Translations under genes and position numbers: made by a program
Notes under the pieces: generated by a model
The model's database searches: none
What the model was told of the DNA's origin: nothing
The model's input: the letters and a program-made list of their open reading frames with translations, nothing else
Shown: in pieces, positions 29,236 through 39,824 of the stretch
Position numbering within the stretch: position 1 is the stretch's first letter
Layout: every line of letters starts with the position of its first letter
Assembly (NCBI GenBank): GCA_963781585.1
Contig: CAWAGQ010000005.1
Span: 256,001-320,000, forward strand
Direction: 5' to 3'
DNA length: 64,000 nt
Origin: an uncultured Gemmatimonadaceae bacterium
GTDB lineage: Bacteria; Gemmatimonadota; Gemmatimonadetes; Gemmatimonadales; Gemmatimonadaceae

Positions 29236-30153
29236 TCACGAGTCGCCCATTCGGGCGCGCACGTCCTCTCGCGCCTCGCCGTATTGACGCATCCACCCCT
29301 CGCTGCGCGCGAACACCTCGTCCCTTCCATAGTCCACCGAGAGGACATGGCCGCGCCCTTGCAGCCAGTGGAATTCTTTGGTGGCTGCGCCGAGGCGTTC
29401 GAATACCCGCTCGGCATCCCGTCGCAGAATCCGGTTGTCCTGCTGCGACTGAAGCATGAGCGTCGGCGCTCGGACGGCCGGAGCAGCATCCCACGCCATC
29501 CGCGTAATCAACGACAATTCCCCCAGCAATCGTGTCGGTGTGAACCCGAACCCGAGTGAGTTTGCGCGCTCAACCGGATCCCAGATCGATTCGGTGGTGG
29601 AGGAACGAACGTACGGCGCGATCCACGACAGGAACCGGCTGCGTCGTGCAATGCGCGACACCTTGGGCATCATTGTGAGATAGGGCGCCAGAAGCACGAG
29701 CGAGGGTAGCTCAGGCGCATCCGCAGCAAGGAGCACGGCTAGCGCGCCGCCCATAGACTGTCCAAGAACGGTCACGACGGGGTGGGTCCGACACAGCTCC
29801 CGATATGCCGATCGCGTCGCGTCGAGCCACGCCGTGGCAGTGCCCGACGCAAGGTCGCGAAGAGATCGACCGTGCCCCGGTAGCCGCGGGACGCGAACGG
29901 TCCAGCCGCGCTGATGGAGGAAATGGCCAAGGCTCCGCACCGACTGCGGGGTGTCGCCAAATCCGTGGAGAATGAGTACCGCCATCGGTCCGCCCTCAAG
30001 CGCGATCGCCCCGGCCCCGCGCACAGTTCCGTCCGTGGCCACGGGTAGCCGGGAGGCAACAAGGGCTTCGACCCGACGGGCTGCGATGTAGCGGAGAGCG
30101 ACAACCGCAGCCCCGATTCCTCCGGCGACTGCCACGGGGATGAGCGGGGGCAT
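29236..30153 (-). CDS. Carboxylesterase (alpha/beta hydrolase)
   Basis: LHGFGDTP, LPGHG, GQSMGG nucleophile, late Asp and His; N-terminal hydrophobic anchor. Confidence 0.88.
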   Translation of the reverse strand: MPPLIPVAVAGGIGAAVVALRYIAARRVEALVASRLPVATDGTVRGAGAIALEGGPMAVLILHGFGDTPQSVRSLGHFLHQRGWTVRVPRLPGHGRSLRDLASGTATAWLDATRSAYRELCRTHPVVTVLGQSMGGALAVLLAADAPELPSLVLLAPYLTMMPKVSRIARRSRFLSWIAPYVRSSTTESIWDPVERANSLGFGFTPTRLLGELSLITRMAWDAAPAVRAPTLMLQSQQDNRILRRDAERVFERLGAATKEFHWLQGRGHVLSVDYGRDEVFARSEGWMRQYGEAREDVRARMGDS

Positions 30154-30312
30154 TGGCCGGCCTACTCGCAACTTCGCTTCACTACGCGACCTCCGGTCAC
30201 TGCCGCCGTGTCCGCAGAGTGATTCGTTGGTCCCGCCGCAGCGCTGGTCTGGACAGCCCAGCGGCCTGAATGTTGCTTTACGGACCGCATAGCGGGCTCG
30301 ACTGCTTATGGA

Positions 30313-32133
30313 ATGTCACCATCCTCCCCTGACGATCAACCGAGCAATTTCCTCGCCGTTGTCATTGTAGGGAATGACGCGCTCGTCGAAGCCCTTCCCG
30401 CACGACCAATCCAGTTCGCGCTCGCCTGCCGCGCCATCGGATTCGATGTGGTGCTTCCGGGATCGTGGGGTGATGAGCTCGTGGCGGCGGCAACACTCCG
30501 AATTCTGGAGACGCGCGACCACGCGCCTGCCGTATTCTGTGCGTGCCCGCATGTGCGGGACCGTCTGCTCTCTGGCGGTACCGAGCTCGGTTCGCTGCTC
30601 ATTGCTCCCGTTGCACCTCCAGTCGCCGCTGCTCGTTACGCGCGGGCTGCCTATTCGGGTCGTGCTCTTCATCTGACATATATCGGGGACTGCCCCGCCG
30701 CGAGCGCGCCGGACTTCGACACCCGGCACAAGACGCGCGAGTTTCTGGCGCTGCTGGGGTCGCGTGGCATCGACCCGCTCGAACAACCGGCAGTGTTCGA
30801 CGACATCCTCCCACCCGATCGCAGGCGACACTTCTCGCTGCCGGGTGGGTGCCCATCACCACAGGCTCTCTGGCAGCGTGCCAACGAGCGCGTCCTGGTC
30901 GAACTCGAAGGGGTGGACCTGACGCTGGATCTCGCCCAGCATCTCCTGACTCGGCAGCCTGCCCTTGTTGATCTCGCATCGGCACTCGGCTGCGCCTGCA
31001 GCGGAGTGACTGAACTGACGACTGGGCTGAGCGCGCGTGTCGCAGTCACGTCGCTGGAACCACCGAGATCCGCCAACCCGGTGATTGATCCGGGTCTCTT
31101 GAAACCATCCGACTTTCTGGTTCGCGAAGAGGATCTCGCCGAGGCAGGCAGTCGAAACCCGGCCTCGGATCCGGGCACGACCATGCAATTGAACTCGGGG
31201 GGGCGCGGCGTGTCGGCACGGCCAGGTGATACCGGGCTCCGACCCAATCCGCCGCATCGCCCGATCGCAATCACTCCTGTGGAAGCACTTCACGAAGACC
31301 TCGCAGAAGGGGGCTCGCATCGAGCTCGGCGCGGCAGGAGTCTGCCAGAGACCACCTCGCAAGAAGTGAAGATCCGCGCAGGCGTCGGCCGAACAGGGCA
31401 GGGCATGGCCCCCCCGACCGTGGCGGACGCCCCGTTCTCGCCAGAAGAACAGGCCTTCCCCGTTCGCGTTGAGGCCGAGCACAACGTCGAGCGATCAGTG
31501 CCGTCGCCGATCGAGTCGTCGCGACCGGTCGACCAGCTCCCGGAACCGGCACCGGGTAGCCGACGGAAACCTGCGGCGGGAGAGGCGATCAGAGAGCGCG
31601 GGGGAGCAGTGCTCCGGATCTCGACAGCCGGCTTCCCGACCGTGCGCCGTTCAGAGCCGCTGGTGAGTCGACTTCCGCGTGCATACATGGGCCGCCGGCC
31701 GGGCACAGCCCAGCACCAGGGCGGACACGCACCGCCAGCACCTGAGAGCGCGCAACCGAGGGAGTCACCGATGGCGGGCCGCGAGGATCGTGAGATCCCC
31801 ATGATACCTGCAGTCGAGCGCACTGCGCCGGCCATATCGACTTCAGCATCGGGACCTGTTTCGCCGGGACACCGCGACGAAGCGTGGATTTCCGCGACCG
31901 GGCGCGCCCCGGCACGACCGACGAGCGGCAGGTCAACGCACGTACCCACCACCGGTCAGGTTGTCGACCCCCTTAGTGGAGCGCAGCAACGCCTCCGCGC
32001 ACGATTGTCTGCTCGCCCATTACGGAAGACTGCGCGTGCTGGGCGTCCTGCCGTCTGGAAGACTCTGGTGATCGTCGTGGGCGCGCTGCTGCTGATAGCC
32101 CTCGTCGGGGCTTTGTGGGAGCGTCTGGCCTGA
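30313..32133 (+). CDS. [FeFe]-hydrogenase large-subunit/Nar1-like domain protein with Pro-rich linker and C-terminal TM
   Basis: GFDVV...GDELVA, FCACP (P1), VAPPVAAARY, YIGDCP (P2), SLPGG and VDLASALGCACSG (P3-like), in the order of Fe_hyd_lg_C; TM TLVIVVGALLLIALVGALW. Confidence 0.7.
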   Translation: MSPSSPDDQPSNFLAVVIVGNDALVEALPARPIQFALACRAIGFDVVLPGSWGDELVAAATLRILETRDHAPAVFCACPHVRDRLLSGGTELGSLLIAPVAPPVAAARYARAAYSGRALHLTYIGDCPAASAPDFDTRHKTREFLALLGSRGIDPLEQPAVFDDILPPDRRRHFSLPGGCPSPQALWQRANERVLVELEGVDLTLDLAQHLLTRQPALVDLASALGCACSGVTELTTGLSARVAVTSLEPPRSANPVIDPGLLKPSDFLVREEDLAEAGSRNPASDPGTTMQLNSGGRGVSARPGDTGLRPNPPHRPIAITPVEALHEDLAEGGSHRARRGRSLPETTSQEVKIRAGVGRTGQGMAPPTVADAPFSPEEQAFPVRVEAEHNVERSVPSPIESSRPVDQLPEPAPGSRRKPAAGEAIRERGGAVLRISTAGFPTVRRSEPLVSRLPRAYMGRRPGTAQHQGGHAPPAPESAQPRESPMAGREDREIPMIPAVERTAPAISTSASGPVSPGHRDEAWISATGRAPARPTSGRSTHVPTTGQVVDPLSGAQQRLRARLSARPLRKTARAGRPAVWKTLVIVVGALLLIALVGALWERLA

Positions 32134-32271
32134 CGGCTGGGCCGGTGACAAGCTCGTGCACGGCATACGTCACGCCACCGGGGAGAGAGTGCTTCGCAGG
32201 ATCCTGCACCGGCGATGAGTTCTCGATCTCCGGGATTCCTTGGACTGATCCCCGCTGATCAACTCAACGGA

Positions 32272-32937
32272 TCAGAGCCATGTCGAAATATCGTCCGGCG
32301 CTTTCCGCGAGATGTCCGGGACCATCGCACCCGCCGCAGGATATCCAACAGCGAGAATCAGGTACGCCTTCTCGTTAGGTGGCCTTTCGAGCAGCTCGGC
32401 GAGAAAACCCATGGGATTGGGAGTGTGAGTCAGCGACACCAGCCCCATATGGTGCACCGCCGCCACGAAGAGTCCCACCGCGATCCCGACTGACTCCTGC
32501 GTGTAGTAGTATGCCCGCTTCGAGCCATCGGCGTTCAGACCGTAGGTCTGACGAAAGACAACCACCAGCCACGGTGCATCGGTGAGGTGTGGCTTCTGCT
32601 CGTCGGTGCCGAGCGGCTCCAGCGCGGCAAGCCAGTCCTCAGGCATTCGGCCGTGGTAGTTCTTGAACTCCTCGATCTCCGCCGCTTCACGAATCTGTTG
32701 CTTGACGTCGGCGTCCGAGATGGCGACGAATGTCCATGGCTGCTGATGCGCACCACTCGGTGCCGTACCGGCGGTACGAATGGCATAGCTGATGGCGTCC
32801 TTTGGTACGGCGGTTGTTGCGAAGTGCCGTGTGGTCCGCCGCGCATTCATCTCCGCGTAGAACTCCTGCGCCCGCTGAAGTGTCTCGTCGAGCGGCCGCT
32901 TCGTGAATTCCAGCGGTTTGAACGGATATGCAGTCAT
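32272..32937 (-). CDS. Iodotyrosine deiodinase-like nitroreductase
   Basis: RRTTRHF, TAPSGAHQQPW, lid EEFKNYHGRM..W..L.PLGT...KP (E90/Y94/K115), LTHTP. Confidence 0.85.
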   Translation of the reverse strand: MTAYPFKPLEFTKRPLDETLQRAQEFYAEMNARRTTRHFATTAVPKDAISYAIRTAGTAPSGAHQQPWTFVAISDADVKQQIREAAEIEEFKNYHGRMPEDWLAALEPLGTDEQKPHLTDAPWLVVVFRQTYGLNADGSKRAYYYTQESVGIAVGLFVAAVHHMGLVSLTHTPNPMGFLAELLERPPNEKAYLILAVGYPAAGAMVPDISRKAPDDISTWL

Positions 32938-33010
32938 GTTCCCCCGCCATCGCCGGTAGCCGAACTTACGGCACCGGGCGCGCAATGGGAACCACGGCGG
33001 TGCCGGCCCC

Positions 33011-34202
33011 CTAACCTAACGCGGCTGCGAACCGACCGAGGCCCTCCGCGAGGTCACCTCTGGTCGCGACAAGCGGCGGCAGCAGGCGGATCGTATGGTT
33101 GCCGGCCGAAACCAGCAGGAGGCCCTCGTCACGCGCGCGCGCGATAATATCGGCGGCCGGCTCGTTCACGTCCACGCCCCAGATGTATCCGATGCCGCGA
33201 ACAGCGCGAATCCGTCCCGAGCGATCGGAGAGCGCGCGGAGTTCGCTGCCCAGCCACTCACCGCTCGCCCGCACCTGCTCCAGGAATGCGGGATCCGCGA
33301 TCCGGCCGATGACGTGCAGCGCGATACTCGAGACAAACGGCCCACCGCCAAATGTCGTGCCGTGATCGCCGGACTGTATGGCCGCCGCGATTTCCTCCGA
33401 CATGAGGATCGCGCCCATTGGCAGACCGCCCGCGATCGGTTTTGCCAGAGTGAGCACGTCCGGCTCCACATTCAGGCCCTCGATACGCGAACAGCGTGCC
33501 CGTGCGACCCAGGCCGCATTGAATCTCGTCAAGAATGAGGGCGATATGACGAGCGCGCGTCAACGCTCGCAGTTCGCGGAGGAATCCGCCGTCCAGCACG
33601 CGCACACCACCCTCTCCCTGGACCGGTTCGACAATGAGACCCGCGGTATTCTCACAATCCAGGATGGAGTCCAGTTGCTCCAGGTCCCGCTCCGCGATCG
33701 AAATCCCCCCCGCAAGCGGCCGGAATGGCGCGCGATACGCTGGCCGATCTGTCGCTGCAAGCGTGGCGAACAATCGCCCGTGAAACGCACCGCGCAGGGC
33801 AATGATCTCGTGCTTGGCGGGACCACCTCCCTGAGTTCGTGCCCACCTACGAACGAACTTGAAGGCCCCCTCGTTCGCCTCAGCACCGGAGTTGCAGAAG
33901 AACACCTTTGACGCAAACGACAACTCGACAAGGCGCTCGGCCAACCGTTCTCCCGGCGACGTACGAAAGAGATTGGACACGTGTACCAGATTGTCTGCGG
34001 CCGCGTGCAGCGCCTCCCGGAGACCATGATCGGAGTAGCCGAGTGCATTGACCGCAATGCCGCTCGTGAAGTCGATGTACGATTTTCCATCTGCATCGTA
34101 GAGCGTCACGCCCTCCCCACGCACGATTTCCATGGGTGGACGCTTGTAGACGGGGAGCAGGGCACCGGTGACTGGCGGCGCTGACGAAGCTTGGGATGTC
34201 AT
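33011..34202 (-). CDS. argD: Acetylornithine aminotransferase; 1-nt frameshift near 33482
   Basis: DFTSGIAVNALG, FCNSGAEANE, EPVQGEGG and DEIQCGLGRTG, then PDVLTLAKP..HGTTFGG in the adjacent frame. Confidence 0.9.
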
Positions 34203-34206
34203 GGTG

Positions 34207-34965
34207 TCAAACCGTCGATGGTGAATGCGTGACGGCGGTGCCACGCGACCGATCCTGCAGCGACCACACATCTCCGATGCGAACACAGGGCACGCCACCT
34301 GCCACCGCACGCCGCGCGGCCTCCAACTTGGCGGCCATGCCGCCACGCACCGCGCCATCGAGCAGCGATCCGATGGCATCCACCTCCACGCTCGCCAGCG
34401 GTGTCCCAGCAGCATCGAGTACGCCAGCCACGTCCACCACGAGATGCAGCTCGTCCGCCGAGATCGACTCGGCAATCGCCGCTGCTGCATCGTCTCCGTT
34501 GACGTTCAATCCGCCACCGCCAATAACGTCTCGCCCGACAGGGGAAATCACGGGAACGAATCCCCGACCGAGGAGCACGTCCAGCAGACAGCGATCAGCT
34601 GGCTTCGGACTGCCGACCGCACCCAGTCGCCCACCGTCGTAGAGGACCGACGGCAGCAGTCCGCCGTCCTCCCCCGACAGCCCGACCGCGGGCACGCCTA
34701 CGGCCAGCAGCTGACTGACCAGCCGCTTGTTGATCAGCCCGGACAGAACCATTCGCACGATGTCGATGTCTTCAGGACTTGTGTACCGACGGCCTCCCAC
34801 GAAACGTGTCTCGCGACCGAGCCGCCGCTGCATTTCGGTCAGCTCCTCCCCACCTCCATGAACCACGCACAATCGCCATCCGGGGTCCTTGCTCAGGGTC
34901 GCCAGAACACCCGGCAGAGCAGGATCCGCCTGGACGCGTCCGCCGATCTTCACAACGCGGATCAC
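34207..34965 (-). CDS. argB: Acetylglutamate kinase
   Basis: VVKIGG, VHGGG, GRRYT, NVNGD, DVAGV and GGMAAKLEAA motifs. Confidence 0.92.
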   Translation of the reverse strand: MIRVVKIGGRVQADPALPGVLATLSKDPGWRLCVVHGGGEELTEMQRRLGRETRFVGGRRYTSPEDIDIVRMVLSGLINKRLVSQLLAVGVPAVGLSGEDGGLLPSVLYDGGRLGAVGSPKPADRCLLDVLLGRGFVPVISPVGRDVIGGGGLNVNGDDAAAAIAESISADELHLVVDVAGVLDAAGTPLASVEVDAIGSLLDGAVRGGMAAKLEAARRAVAGGVPCVRIGDVWSLQDRSRGTAVTHSPSTV

Positions 34966-35921
34966 GCCGGTAGTCCCAGAGTCTCAGTCAGACCCAACGC
35001 CAGATTGGCGTTCTGCAGCGCCTGCCCTGCCGCTCCTTTCATGAGATTGTCGATTGCCGTCAACACCAGAAGTGCCGGCTGGCGCAGACCCTGGATGGTA
35101 CGAACGCTGACGCGAGCCACGTTGCGGCGCAGTACATCACGCAGGGACGGCAAGTCAGGCGTCGTTTCAACGAACGGCTCGCCGGCGTAGTGGTCCCGCC
35201 AGATCTGCAGCGGATCCTTCGGCACATCGGTTATCGGCACCGTCATACTCGCAAGAATGCCTCGAGCTACGGGCAACAGGTGCGGTGTGAATACAAGGTC
35301 GACATCGGTCCCGAGCGATGAGAGGACGGTGCGCATCTCCAGCACATGCCGATGTTCGTTCCCCACCGCGTACGCGCGGAAGTTCTCGGCGACCTCACCG
35401 AACATCAGGTCGGCACGTGGAGTGTTCCCAGCTCCGGTTACTCCGCTTGCAGCATTCACCGTGATCAGACCGCCCGGACGGGTCAGCCCGCGTAACAGCA
35501 ACGGGGCCAAACCCAGCAGTACCGCCGTCGGATAACAGCCAGGGTTGGCTACCACCGTCGCTCCCCGGAGGGTTTCGCGGGTAAGCTCCGTCAACCCGTA
35601 GGGCACAGCCTCACTCGTATGGCCGGGACGCAGGTCGGACGACAGATCGATTGCGCGAACACCCTCTCGGCGAACTCGTTGGACCCACTCTCCCGAGACA
35701 CCGTGCGGAAGGGCGCTGAACACCAGGTGCGTGCGACGAAGCGGTGCGTCGTCGGACGCAACCATCGCGATAGACCGTGCGCCAACGAGGATCTGCTCCC
35801 CTCGTCGTTCATTCGCGGTTGCGAACGCGAGCGTCAGCCGAGGGTGCGCACCGATCAAGGCGCAAAGCTCTCGCCCGGCGTAACCACTCGCTCCGAGGAC
35901 CCCGACAGGAATTCTATGCAC
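34962..35921 (-). CDS. argC: N-acetyl-gamma-glutamyl-phosphate reductase
   Basis: GASGYAG, ANPGCYPT, SGVTGAG, HRH..E and IDNLMKGAAGQALQN motifs. Confidence 0.95.
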   Translation of the reverse strand: MHRIPVGVLGASGYAGRELCALIGAHPRLTLAFATANERRGEQILVGARSIAMVASDDAPLRRTHLVFSALPHGVSGEWVQRVRREGVRAIDLSSDLRPGHTSEAVPYGLTELTRETLRGATVVANPGCYPTAVLLGLAPLLLRGLTRPGGLITVNAASGVTGAGNTPRADLMFGEVAENFRAYAVGNEHRHVLEMRTVLSSLGTDVDLVFTPHLLPVARGILASMTVPITDVPKDPLQIWRDHYAGEPFVETTPDLPSLRDVLRRNVARVSVRTIQGLRQPALLVLTAIDNLMKGAAGQALQNANLALGLTETLGLPA

Positions 35922-35941
35922 GCAGAATGCATATTATTGCA
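35907..35941. promoter_or_regulatory. Tandem ARG boxes overlapping the argC start
   Basis: Cores AGGAATTCTATGCA and TGCATATTATTGCA at a 21-bp period; minus-strand TTGACA at 35951-35956. Confidence 0.7.
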
Positions 35942-36143
35942 TGATCCCGGTGTCAACGGCGGCGACGCACCAGGGGGCCTGCGGTCCGGAAGGCTGCCGT
36001 GGTGATCTACCGGCGACCTCGATGCGCTCGCGACAAGCGAGGATGGCCGGCCATCGAGCCTGCTTCGGACACAAGGGACGGCTTACGACCTCGCCTGGCT
36101 TCTGCTATCGTCGGGGCGGAAACCAGCCGAGGTGTTCGAGATC

Positions 36144-36602
36144 GTGCAGAAGAAGGAGCGCCATCGCCTCATTCTCGAGATAGTCGAGTCGCAGCCCGTT
36201 CCCAGTCAGGAGGAGCTGCGTCGCCTGCTGCATCTCCGTGGGCTTCAGGTGACGCAGTCGACCCTCTCTCGAGACCTTCGTGAACTCCGCTTGGCGCGGA
36301 TACCGTCTCCGAGCGGAGTCCGGTATGCATCGCCCGACCACGCCACGGAGGAGGCCCGGGCAACGTTGGACGATGTGCTTCCACAGTTCTTTGCCACGAT
36401 GGATGGTGTCCGGGAGCTGCTCATCCTCAAGACGGTGCCCGGCGGGGCGCAACCGATTGCCGAGGCCCTCGACTTTGAGGGCTTCTCGGACGTTCTGGGC
36501 ACGCTCGGCGGCGAAAACACCGTCCTGGTGATCTGCCGTTCGGCTGCTGGGCGCGAACGGCTCGAGCGACGTATTGAGCGACTGACCAGGAAGGGCGGCT
36601 GA
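36144..36602 (+). CDS. argR: Arginine repressor
   Basis: SQEEL, VTQSTLSRDLREL, LKTVPGGAQ, LGTLGGENT. Start at 36144 or 36132. Confidence 0.92.
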   Translation: MQKKERHRLILEIVESQPVPSQEELRRLLHLRGLQVTQSTLSRDLRELRLARIPSPSGVRYASPDHATEEARATLDDVLPQFFATMDGVRELLILKTVPGGAQPIAEALDFEGFSDVLGTLGGENTVLVICRSAAGRERLERRIERLTRKGG

Positions 36603-36800
36603 CGACCTGACTTCCGGCCGTTCCAGCGTCTCCATAGGACGGTCCCTAGAGTCCGTCCACGCCTCCCGGGCGAACACGCGCCTGCCATGTCCCACGCCCA
36701 TTCCGAGCTCCGGGCTGGCTCTCGACCACCCCATAGCGACAGCTGTGACGGATGGCAGAGGTACCTACGAGGACCGCCCGATTGACGGCCGGACACAGGG

Positions 36801-36835
36801 CGGTTAATTATGCATAGCGGATGAATACATATCAT
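36801..36835. promoter_or_regulatory. Tandem ARG boxes upstream of argG
   Basis: CGGTTAATTATGCA and TGAATACATATCAT at a 21-bp period; TTGACG at 36782-36787. Confidence 0.7.
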
Positions 36836-36859
36836 ATGCCAAGTCGGCGGAGCTGAACG

Positions 36860-38109
36860 ATGCGGACCATCGTGCTCGCGTATTCGGGTGGGCTGGATAC
36901 ATCAATCATCGTCCCGTGGTTGCGCGATCACCACGACGCAGACGTCGTCTGCGTGGCAGCGGATGTAGGACAGGGTGCCGACGAACTCCGAGGGATTCGA
37001 GAAAAGGCCCTGCGCTCTGGCGCAGCTGAGTGCTACGTGGAGGACCTACGTCAGGAGTTCATCGAGTCTTTCGCCTTCCCAACGCTTCGCGCAGGAGCCG
37101 TATACGGTCGCAAGTACCTTCTCGGGACATCGATGGCCCGTCCCATCATCGCGCGCCGACAGGTCGAAGTGGCGCGCGCGGTCGGCGCCAGCGCATTGGC
37201 GCACGGGTGCACGGGAAAAGGAAACGACCAGGTGAGGTTCGAACTCACATACATGGCGTTCGCGCCGGAACTCGAGGTCATTGCCCCATGGCGCGAGTGG
37301 AACATTCGCAGCCGGGAGGATGCCCTCGCCTATGCCTCGGAAAAGGGGATTCCCGTCACGGCCTCCGCGAAGAAGATCTACTCGCGCGATCGCAATCTCT
37401 GGCACATTTCGCACGAAGGTGGAGTGCTCGAAGACCCGAATGAACCGCCCCGGAAGATCTCTTCCTGCTGACCGTTGACCCGGCCGACGCACCCGACCAC
37501 CCGGAGCTGGTCACCATCGGGTTTTCACAGGGCACGCCCGTGTCGGTGAACGGACACGTCCTCGATCCGGTCGAGCTTGTGACCACCCTGAACACGTTGG
37601 CTGGCCGACACGGAGTGGGTCGGGCTGACATCGTCGAGGATCGCCTCGTCGGGATGAAGTCTCGCGGCGTATACGAGACACCTGGCGGCACGCTGCTCTA
37701 CACAGCACTCGCCGAACTTGAAATGCTCGTGCTGGACCGCCGCTCCCTCGCTGCGAAGGACCTCATCGCACCACGCTATGCTGACGTCGTCTACGAGGGC
37801 CGCTGGTGGAGCAGCGAACGGGAAGCCTACGATGCGTTCGTTACCAAGCTCCAGGAGTTGGTGAGCGGTTCCGTTACGCTGAAGTTGTTCAAGGGTGGTG
37901 TCGCAGTGGCTGGGCGCGAAAGCGAGAACGCGCTCTACGACGAACGATTCGTCACGTTCGGCGAGGACGACGTATATCAGCAGAGTGATGCGGCTGGTTT
38001 CATCCGCCTTTACGGGTTGCCGGGTCGTGTTCGCGCGCTGAAAGAGCAGGAGCGAAGTGGGACGCACGAAGGGTCGACGGCGTCTCCTCCAGCACTGGCG
38101 CTCACGTGA
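36860..38109 (+). CDS. argG: Argininosuccinate synthase; 1-nt frameshift near 37450
   Basis: [24 protein letters not shown] and [13 protein letters not shown], continuing in another frame ([24 protein letters not shown]). The shift falls in a C-run. Confidence 0.93.
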
Positions 38110-39572
38110 CGCCGGCTGAAGTGCTCCACGACCACGCCCCCGCATCCGCCCCCGGTCATAGACTTTGGGGAGGCCGATTCGCTGGCGGAACATCGGAAAT
38201 CATGGACGCAATCAATCGCTCTATCGGTCTGGATCTGCGTCTATGGCCTTTCGACATCAGAGTCTCCATGGCTTGGGCGGTCGCACTCTGGAGTGCCGGC
38301 GTCTTGTCTCTGCAGGAGAGCCGTGAGATCGAGCGTGGCCTGGACCTGGTACGCGACAGACTGGCCGCGGGAGAGAATCCGCTGCCCGCCGACGAGGACG
38401 TGCACACGATGATCGACCGGATGCTCCATGAGGCCATTGGCGGCGTCGCGTCCAAGCTGCACACCGGTCGAAGCCGAAATGACCAGGTCGCGACTGCAAC
38501 CCGTATGTGGGCGATTGATGCATGGTCGCGGCTCGACGATGCAATCAAAGGCTTGCAGCGCGTCATGCTGCGCCACGCCGAGACGCTCGAACAGGCCGTC
38601 GTTCCGTCGTACACCCACCTGCAGCGCGCGCAACCCGTCAGCGGGGCGCACTGGCTGCTGTCGCATTTCTGGCCGCTTCAGCGGGACCGCGCTCGCCTGG
38701 CCGCGGCGGCCCGCGCCGCGTCAGTGCTTCCTCTCGGCAGCGGAGCCGTTGCGGGCTGTGCATTCCCGGTATCACGAGTCCTGCTGCAGGGAAGTCTGGG
38801 CTTTGCCGCCATTTCCAGCAACAGCATCGACGCCGTGGCGGACCGCGACTTCATTGCGGAAGGCGTCTTCGCCCTGGCACTGCTGGCAGTGCACGTGTCC
38901 CGACTTGCCGAGGATCTGATCCTCTTCGGTTCGGCAGAATTTGGCTTCATACGGTTTGGCGATTCGTTCACGACGGGGTCGAGCATGATGCCCCAGAAGC
39001 GGAACCCCGATGCACTCGAGATCTCGCGCGGCTCCGCATCGCGTATTCTGGGAGACCTCACTTCCCTGCTCGCCTCCTTGAAGGGACTGCCAAGCGGATA
39101 CAACAAGGACCTGCAGGACGACAAGCGCGTGCTCTTCGACGCGGTGGACGCCATGTCGGTTGTCCTGCCGGCCGTTGCCGGCACACTCGACGAGCTGCAG
39201 TTCGACGTGGACCGGATGCGGAAAGCCGTTTCCAGCACAATGATGTCGACGGACCTCGCAGACTACCTGGTGGCCAGGGGAGTGAGCTTTCGCGAGGCGC
39301 ATGCCTCAGTCGGACAGCTCATTCGGCAAAGCGAAGAGGACGGTGTCGACCTTGCGGATTTGCCCGCCGCGTCCTTCGCGCGCGTGAATGCCCGATTCGG
39401 CGAAGATGTCCTTGAGGCCCTCTCCCCGGTCGCGTCATTGAGACGTCGGGAAATCGAGGGTGGGACAGGTCCCAGCGCGGTTCACGCTCAGCTGCAGCGA
39501 GCGGCCGCCAGCGTCGAGCAACCCGGGGAGGCGCCCGGGAATCGATACTCGCAGGTGGTGAGCCAAGGATAA
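38106..39572 (+). CDS. argH: Argininosuccinate lyase
   Basis: LWGGRF, HTGRSRNDQ, YTHLQRAQP, GSSMMPQKRNPD, YNKDLQ; GTGA overlap with argG. Confidence 0.96.
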   Translation: MTPAEVLHDHAPASAPGHRLWGGRFAGGTSEIMDAINRSIGLDLRLWPFDIRVSMAWAVALWSAGVLSLQESREIERGLDLVRDRLAAGENPLPADEDVHTMIDRMLHEAIGGVASKLHTGRSRNDQVATATRMWAIDAWSRLDDAIKGLQRVMLRHAETLEQAVVPSYTHLQRAQPVSGAHWLLSHFWPLQRDRARLAAAARAASVLPLGSGAVAGCAFPVSRVLLQGSLGFAAISSNSIDAVADRDFIAEGVFALALLAVHVSRLAEDLILFGSAEFGFIRFGDSFTTGSSMMPQKRNPDALEISRGSASRILGDLTSLLASLKGLPSGYNKDLQDDKRVLFDAVDAMSVVLPAVAGTLDELQFDVDRMRKAVSSTMMSTDLADYLVARGVSFREAHASVGQLIRQSEEDGVDLADLPAASFARVNARFGEDVLEALSPVASLRRREIEGGTGPSAVHAQLQRAAASVEQPGEAPGNRYSQVVSQG

Positions 39573-39793
39573 GGAGATCCTGTTCAGGATCAGCTCGCCA
39601 ACCGTTGACGTGGCCGAACCGCAAGCGGTGCACCCCGGCTGGAGCGTCGCATTTACCGCGCCGAGGGTCCCCACGAAGCCGGGAATGCCGTGCAGCGAAC
39701 TCGATCTGCATACATGTCTTTGTATGGCAGTCTCTTACCATGCGCAGGCCTGTGGCGGCTTGATCATCTCCACGACGGAGACCGAGTCGTGAT

Positions 39794-39821
39794 AAATTAT
39801 CCTCATCATGGAGGATAATTT
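39794..39821. promoter_or_regulatory. Perfect 11-6-11 inverted repeat covering the RBS
   Basis: AAATTATCCTC-ATCATG-GAGGATAATTT, 3 nt before ATG 39825. Confidence 0.7.
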
Positions 39822-39824
39822 CTT

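Noticed and set aside
33011..38109. Programmed frameshifting or pseudogenisation of argD and argG (also ggt)
   Set aside because: Single indels with no slippery site and intact motifs on both sides; most simply sequencing errors.
39573..39792. Small ORFs after argH
   Set aside because: No convincing start signals or similarity on either strand.
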